Source: Mesotaenium endlicherianum (taxonomy: Eukaryota). Taken from it: a stretch of 64,000 bases of DNA. Under the pieces are notes generated by a model, which worked only from the letters and a program-made list of their open reading frames with translations, was not told where the DNA came from and made no database searches. Location of the stretch: positions 1-64,000 of the forward strand of contig WELA01001485.1 in the NCBI GenBank assembly GCA_009602735.1. Reading direction: 5' to 3'. This document shows, in pieces, positions 58,710 to 64,000 of the stretch (positions within the stretch are counted from its first letter, which is position 1; each line of letters starts with the position of its first letter). Made by a program: the position numbers and the translations under genes.

Positions 58710-59470
58710 GCAACCCTATTCAAATTGTTCCGCTTTCAGAAGGCGCATTTACAGTAGATAAAACAAAAGTTTTCAACCCCTTCGATCCGGAAACAGAAAT
58801 ACTCAACAGCAGGCCCGTTGGAAGCATGCTGGTTGAGATACAGCCTTTTGTTGTGATAACCAATAACGACGTCATCCTGCTGGATACAGGGCTGGGATAC
58901 AACGATGCCGATGGCAAACCCCAACTCCACAATAACCTGCTGAAAGCAGGCATCAACCCTACCCAGGTTACCAAAGTACTGATGAGCCACCTGCATAAAG
59001 ACCACGCGGGAGGTATCACACTTACAGATGACAGAACAGGAGAACGCTTCATCAGCTTCCCATATGCTACTTATTACGTGCAAAAGAGAGAATTCGATTT
59101 TGCGATGGAAGCAGGCAATGCTTCTTATATACCCGAAGACTTCAGTTTGTTAGAAGATTTCAGCAGGGTGGAATGGTTGACAAATAATGATGGGTGGATA
59201 GGCGATCATATCCATTACCAGTTAACTGGTGCGCACAGTAAATTTCACCAGGTATTCAGCATTGTTTCCAATGGGAAGACCGTTTTTTTCGGAGGCGACG
59301 ATGCGCCACAATTACAGCAGATGAAAAACCGTTTCGTGGCCAAATACGATTACGACGGGAAAAAATGTATGGAATTAAGACAGCAGTGGTGGCAGGAAGG
59401 CCAGGAAAAAGGCTGGACCTTTTTATTCTACCATGATATTAAAACGCCTGTTTGGGGAGAAAATAATTAA
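58706..59470 (+). CDS. MBL-fold metallo-hydrolase
   Basis: LLDTGLG, SHLHKDHAGG (HxHxDH), AHSKFHQ, FYHD; ATG overlaps the rodA stop. Confidence 0.9.
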   Translation: MSNPIQIVPLSEGAFTVDKTKVFNPFDPETEILNSRPVGSMLVEIQPFVVITNNDVILLDTGLGYNDADGKPQLHNNLLKAGINPTQVTKVLMSHLHKDHAGGITLTDDRTGERFISFPYATYYVQKREFDFAMEAGNASYIPEDFSLLEDFSRVEWLTNNDGWIGDHIHYQLTGAHSKFHQVFSIVSNGKTVFFGGDDAPQLQQMKNRFVAKYDYDGKKCMELRQQWWQEGQEKGWTFLFYHDIKTPVWGENN

Positions 59471-59931
59471 TTGCCCTGCTTATTACTATTGCGCTGTTTT
59501 CTAAACTCGGCTCTTTGTTGCAATTCCTTTTTTACTACCTGGTTGAAATCACGATCAATCGTGAGTGCTTTATTGGCGCGTTCATCGGTACCCAGTATCT
59601 TTTTGTATTCAACCTTGTACCTTTTGCGGATGTTGAGCAACCTTTCTTCAAAAGCCAGCACATCCATTTTTTTCTCTTCTTCCCTCGCTTCTTTCATATC
59701 GTCTACATAATCGTAATACACAGGCCAGAATTTCTGGGCTTCTTCTGAACTGAGGTTCAATTGCCTGGTTACAAATGCAATCTTCAAACCCATCACATTG
59801 ATGGTGGGTTGTGGTGGAGTGGATTGTTGGGCTGCTGCGGCAGGCGGTTGTTGCTCTTGGAATGGGCAAGCACCAGTGGTACAGTAGAGACCTGCTATTA
59901 ATAATAGTAAAACTAGTATCCGCTTCATCAT
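59467..59931 (-). CDS. Exported helical protein (Spy/CpxP-like) of the ECF operon
   Basis: Signal peptide; KIAFVTRQLNLSSEEAQKFWPVY. Confidence 0.75.
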   Translation of the reverse strand: MMKRILVLLLLIAGLYCTTGACPFQEQQPPAAAAQQSTPPQPTINVMGLKIAFVTRQLNLSSEEAQKFWPVYYDYVDDMKEAREEEKKMDVLAFEERLLNIRKRYKVEYKKILGTDERANKALTIDRDFNQVVKKELQQRAEFRKQRNSNKQGN

Positions 59932-59934
59932 AAA

Positions 59935-60570
59935 TTATTCGCCTCCGGGGGTTTCTTTAACAAGCTCCAGATCCTTATTCTCATCCAGGAACTCCTTCAG
60001 TTCCTCATCGGAATATTGGCTGATGTGTTTGCTCAGATCTGGTAATTCTTCGCTGGCGGTAACCATGGTCTGATCAACACTTCCGGTCAGTCGCTCATTT
60101 TTGTCCAGGTAATTCACCAGCTCCGTATCACTCACTTTATCTATGGCTGAAGATACATCCACCTTCGTATATTTTTCATAATCGCCCGCCTGTTCTTTGC
60201 GGGAGGCGAAGAAAATACCGGTACCAATGGCTCCTGTAAGGGCGGCCGCAGCCGCATAACGCATCCACTTACGCGGACGATGCATAGACACTACCCTGGC
60301 AGGGGGTTGCACAATGGTTTGCTCAAAATACCCCTTAGGGACAGTGTATACGTTTCTCCTGGCCATAGCATGAAGCAAGGGAGCAACATCCGCCAGTTCA
60401 TTGGCATCAGTATCTTTTCCTTCTTCCAGCAACCTGATTTTCTGCATGATACGATCAGCCAACCCATCGAAATAGCCGGCAGGCACACTGAATACCGTGC
60501 GCCGTTGCAGACCTGCCAGAAGGGGGCTGATGCTGTTCAATTCGTTTTCTATGGGCTGATATTGATCCAT
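59935..60570 (-). CDS. Putative anti-sigma factor
   Basis: Repeated FSVPAGYFD / YTVPKGYFE motif, TM (WMRYAAAAAL); directly downstream of the ECF sigma. Confidence 0.75.
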   Translation of the reverse strand: MDQYQPIENELNSISPLLAGLQRRTVFSVPAGYFDGLADRIMQKIRLLEEGKDTDANELADVAPLLHAMARRNVYTVPKGYFEQTIVQPPARVVSMHRPRKWMRYAAAAALTGAIGTGIFFASRKEQAGDYEKYTKVDVSSAIDKVSDTELVNYLDKNERLTGSVDQTMVTASEELPDLSKHISQYSDEELKEFLDENKDLELVKETPGGE

Positions 60571-60606
60571 GTACAATTATAATAGACCCCGGCGCTAACC
60601 GAAAGT

Positions 60607-61152
60607 TTAATAATTTTTAATGAACTCCTCGATTTTCCTTGCGGCATGATGGTAGCTGGCCTTCAATGCCCCTTCACTGGTATCCAACACCCTGCTCATT
60701 TCCTCATAAGGCATTTCTTCATAATATCGCAGGTTAAACACAATCCGCTGCTTTTCAGGTAGTTGTTGTATCGCCAACTGAAGCCTCCATTCCAATTGGT
60801 TGGCATCGAACCCCTGATCGGCCTTTATTTTGTCGCTGATAGCAGCATCCAGGTCTTCCATGCTCAACGCGCTTCTCTTCTTTTGTTGTTCCAGGAAACT
60901 CAAACATTCATTGGTAGCGATCCGGTACAACCAGGTATACAATTGGCTATCCTCCCTGAACTGCTCAAGGGCATTCCATACTTTGATGAATACATTTTGA
61001 AGCACATCGTTGGCATCCTCATGGTTTATCACCATTCTTCGGATATGCCAATACAATTTCTCCTGGTACTTTTTTACAATAGCATTGAAGGCCCGTTCTT
61101 TGGTGGCCGGTACACGAAACTGAAACAATAGTTCCTTATCGTCTGGATGCAT
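60607..61152 (-). CDS. ECF RNA polymerase sigma factor
   Basis: YQEKLYWHIRRMV, DVLQNVFIKVW, TWLYRIATNE, LPEKQRIVFNLRYY, GALKASYHHA. Confidence 0.93.
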   Translation of the reverse strand: MHPDDKELLFQFRVPATKERAFNAIVKKYQEKLYWHIRRMVINHEDANDVLQNVFIKVWNALEQFREDSQLYTWLYRIATNECLSFLEQQKKRSALSMEDLDAAISDKIKADQGFDANQLEWRLQLAIQQLPEKQRIVFNLRYYEEMPYEEMSRVLDTSEGALKASYHHAARKIEEFIKNY

Positions 61153-61338
61153 TCAGGGCAATTTTTATATAGGCAGCTTACAAAGGTATTGGATTCTATT
61201 CCCTGCAAAAGAATACCAAATAAATGTAAGTAACAAACTCCATAACAAACATTCATTAGTGACAACTGAACAGTCTACAATTTTTGTTAAGATCATTAAC
61301 AGCAAATAGACTAACTTCGGAGCCGTTTAGAACAGGAT

Positions 61339-63924
61339 ATGTCTTCATCAGTATACACCAATAACTTCAAACGCAACGTAGCAGATAAATATACCATTTA
61401 CAATAGTCTGTTTGCAGCGCTGCCTTTTTCCGGAGTAGCCAATGTTGGCGCTTTTCTCCCCATTCTTTTACAAGCTTGTGTTGACGGATACGCCAATGGG
61501 AAAAGCCCCATAGAGATCATCAACGAGTTCTTTCAGCAGCATACCCGCGTGCGCGAGGAGACCGACAAGATCGACCGGCTCTTCAAATCCGTTCAGTATA
61601 TCGAAAGGCAGGTGGTATTATTCGATGCCATCGAAGATGCTGCTTTTGATTCTGTCAATGATATCAATGGCGCCGGCAGCCTGAAGGGCCTCTATAATGA
61701 AGCTGTTTTCACCGGAAAAACACAGGCCCTGAAAAACAAATTGCGCAAATTCAAGGTGCGGGTTGTACTCACAGCGCATCCCACCCAGTTTTATCCGGGT
61801 AATGTACTGGGCATCATTCACGACATGAGCGATGCCATCAATAAAAACGATTTCCATACCATCAACCAATACATCCAGCAGTTGGGCATCACGCCTTTCT
61901 TTAACAAGAAGCAACCCACGCCTTATGATGAAGCGGTCAATCTCATGTGGTACCTGGAAAACATCCTTTACCAATCCATCGGTAATATCTACAATTTTAT
62001 TGCCCGCGAAATATTCGACAACGATTACGACGGAGACAATCCTTTCATTGAACTGGGCTTCTGGCCTGGTGGCGACAGGGATGGGAATCCCTTTGTCAAT
62101 GCTGCTACTACTATCAAAGTAGCGGAGGCACTGAGAAGCGCTATCATCGTATGTTATTACCGGGATATCCGCAAACTCAAGCGCCGCCTCACTTTCTCGG
62201 GTGTAGACCAGATGGTGCACGAACTGGAGGAACAACTATATGCAAACGTTTTCCGTCCAACCGATTGCTGTCATATCGGCAAAGATGAGCTCCTTCATAA
62301 GCTTTACGATATACGCAACCTGATGGTATCGCAGCACCATTCCCTGTTCCTGCAAAGAGTTGATAGCCTGATACACAAAGTGAAGATATTCGGTATGCAT
62401 TTCGCTTCACTCGACGTGAGGCAGGACAGTCGTATACACAGGCATGTGTTGCTGCAGATCAACAAAGAATTAAAAGAAAAATCTTTACACCCCGTACTGC
62501 CCGACAATTACGAAACGCTCAGCCCCACTGCACAAATTGCGGTGCTGGCCGATCTGCACGGCAACATCGATCCTGCGCTCTTCAAGGATACCATTACCAG
62601 GGATACCCTTGAAAGCATGTATGCCATCAACCACATACAACAGTTAAACGGAGAAGCCGGCTGTCATCGTTACATCATCAGCAATTGCCAGAGCGCGGTA
62701 AATGTGATGGAAGTATATGCCCTGCTCCGTTTATGCGGATGGAGCAAGGAATTGCTCAGCATCGACATTGTTCCTTTGTTTGAGACCATCGACGACCTGC
62801 AGCATGCAGAATCGATCATGGAGTTGCTTTATACACTTCCCATCTACAAGCAACACCTGCACCTGCGTAAGCAACAGCAAACCATAATGCTCGGCTTCAG
62901 CGATGGCACCAAAGACGGTGGATACCTGCAGGCCAACTGGAGCATTTATACGGCCAAAGAAAACCTTACTGCTATTTCGCGCAAATACAATATTAAAGCC
63001 CGCTTCTTCGATGGCCGCGGAGGCCCCCCTTCCCGCGGCGGAGGTAAAACGAATAAGTTTTATGCTTCACTCGGCAGCAATATTGAGAACGAGGAAATAC
63101 AGATTACTGTACAGGGACAAACCATTACGTCCAATTTCGGCACCATACAATCATCGCAGTATAACCTGGAGCAATTACTGAGCGCCGGGGCCAGCAATGA
63201 ATTGTTTGCCGAAACACGCATACAGATATCGCAGCACGACCGTTTCATGCTGGAAGAACTGGGCAGGATCAGTCACGAAGCATACCAGTCGTTCAAAACA
63301 CATCCACTGTTTCTCTCTTACCTGCAACGGTTCAGTCCGCTGAATTATTACAGCAAAAGCAATATCGCCAGCCGCCCTTCCAAAAGGGGTAACGGTGGAA
63401 GTTTGAAATTCGAGGACCTCCGCGCCGTTCCATTTGTAGGAAGCTGGAGCCAGCTCAAACAAAACGTACCGGGCTTTTACGGTGTAGGCACTGCTTTGCA
63501 GGAAATGAAGAATAAAGGTTTGTGGAATGATGTGAAAGCGATGTTCCGCAATGTGCTTTTCTTCCGCACATTGATCGACAACAGCATGATGAGTATGCTG
63601 AAATCTTATTTTGCCTTAACGCAATACATCAAAGAAGATCCGCAGTACGGGCCCATCTGGCAACTCATCAAAGACGAGTTCGATCTCACTCGGAGGCTCG
63701 TATTACAACTGGCCGATGCGGCCGACCTGATGGCCGATGACCAGCCGGGCCGCGCTTCCATCCAGATGCGTGATAAGATTGTATTACCCTTGCTTACTAT
63801 CCAGCAGTATGCGCTACATCAACTGAATCAGCCCGAGACCAACGAGCAACTGAAAGTGGTGTATGAGAAACTGGTTACCAGGAGTATGTTCGGAATTATT
63901 AATGCTGCAAGAAACTCAGCATAA
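61339..63924 (+). CDS. ppc: Phosphoenolpyruvate carboxylase
   Basis: VLTAHPT, GGDRDGNPFV, VPLFETI.DL, MLGFSDGTKDGG, GRGGPPSRGG, LRAVPFVGSWSQ, C-terminal RNSA. Confidence 0.95.
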   Translation: MSSSVYTNNFKRNVADKYTIYNSLFAALPFSGVANVGAFLPILLQACVDGYANGKSPIEIINEFFQQHTRVREETDKIDRLFKSVQYIERQVVLFDAIEDAAFDSVNDINGAGSLKGLYNEAVFTGKTQALKNKLRKFKVRVVLTAHPTQFYPGNVLGIIHDMSDAINKNDFHTINQYIQQLGITPFFNKKQPTPYDEAVNLMWYLENILYQSIGNIYNFIAREIFDNDYDGDNPFIELGFWPGGDRDGNPFVNAATTIKVAEALRSAIIVCYYRDIRKLKRRLTFSGVDQMVHELEEQLYANVFRPTDCCHIGKDELLHKLYDIRNLMVSQHHSLFLQRVDSLIHKVKIFGMHFASLDVRQDSRIHRHVLLQINKELKEKSLHPVLPDNYETLSPTAQIAVLADLHGNIDPALFKDTITRDTLESMYAINHIQQLNGEAGCHRYIISNCQSAVNVMEVYALLRLCGWSKELLSIDIVPLFETIDDLQHAESIMELLYTLPIYKQHLHLRKQQQTIMLGFSDGTKDGGYLQANWSIYTAKENLTAISRKYNIKARFFDGRGGPPSRGGGKTNKFYASLGSNIENEEIQITVQGQTITSNFGTIQSSQYNLEQLLSAGASNELFAETRIQISQHDRFMLEELGRISHEAYQSFKTHPLFLSYLQRFSPLNYYSKSNIASRPSKRGNGGSLKFEDLRAVPFVGSWSQLKQNVPGFYGVGTALQEMKNKGLWNDVKAMFRNVLFFRTLIDNSMMSMLKSYFALTQYIKEDPQYGPIWQLIKDEFDLTRRLVLQLADAADLMADDQPGRASIQMRDKIVLPLLTIQQYALHQLNQPETNEQLKVVYEKLVTRSMFGIINAARNSA

Positions 63925-63932
63925 TTTATCGC

Positions 63933-64000
63933 CGTCATCCCGAGCGTAGCCGAGGGACCTTTTAGAATTTTCAACAAAACTTCATGAGATCCCTCGACTC
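63933..64000. repeat. REP-like palindromic element (truncated by window end)
   Basis: CGTCATCCCGAGCGTAGCCGAGGGA...AGATCCCTCGACTC, same family as 22407 and 27988. Confidence 0.75.

Overview
Bacteroidota (Chitinophagaceae-like) chromosomal window. About 1-13 kb is an accessory/defence island. It holds the end of an IS5-family element inserted into a decayed class D-like group II intron, which itself sits in an ORF6N-gene remnant. Next come a full-length Avs4 (AVAST type 4) antiphage STAND nuclease, a divergent putative toxin-antitoxin-chaperone (HigB/HigA/SecB-like) operon with a perfect 16-bp operator, an exported trypsin-like protease and an XRE regulator. The island also contains a DUF6266 + small membrane-protein module preceded by an unexplained ~225-bp inverted array of TTCG/CGAA cores phased every 11 bp. 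The rest is more ordinary: an ECF sigma/FecR-controlled SusC/SusD PUL with two GH144, GH43 and GH3 (likely beta-1,2-glucan; 13-28 kb), DUF1800/DUF1501, a molybdenum-cofactor plus assimilatory nitrate/nitrite reduction cluster (31-48 kb), peptide transporters, purD, mreBCD-mrdA-rodA, an ECF sigma/anti-sigma operon and ppc. Three REP-like palindromes and a heptamer inverted repeat lie in intergenic regions. All calls come from reading the sequence and recalled family motifs; no searches were run.
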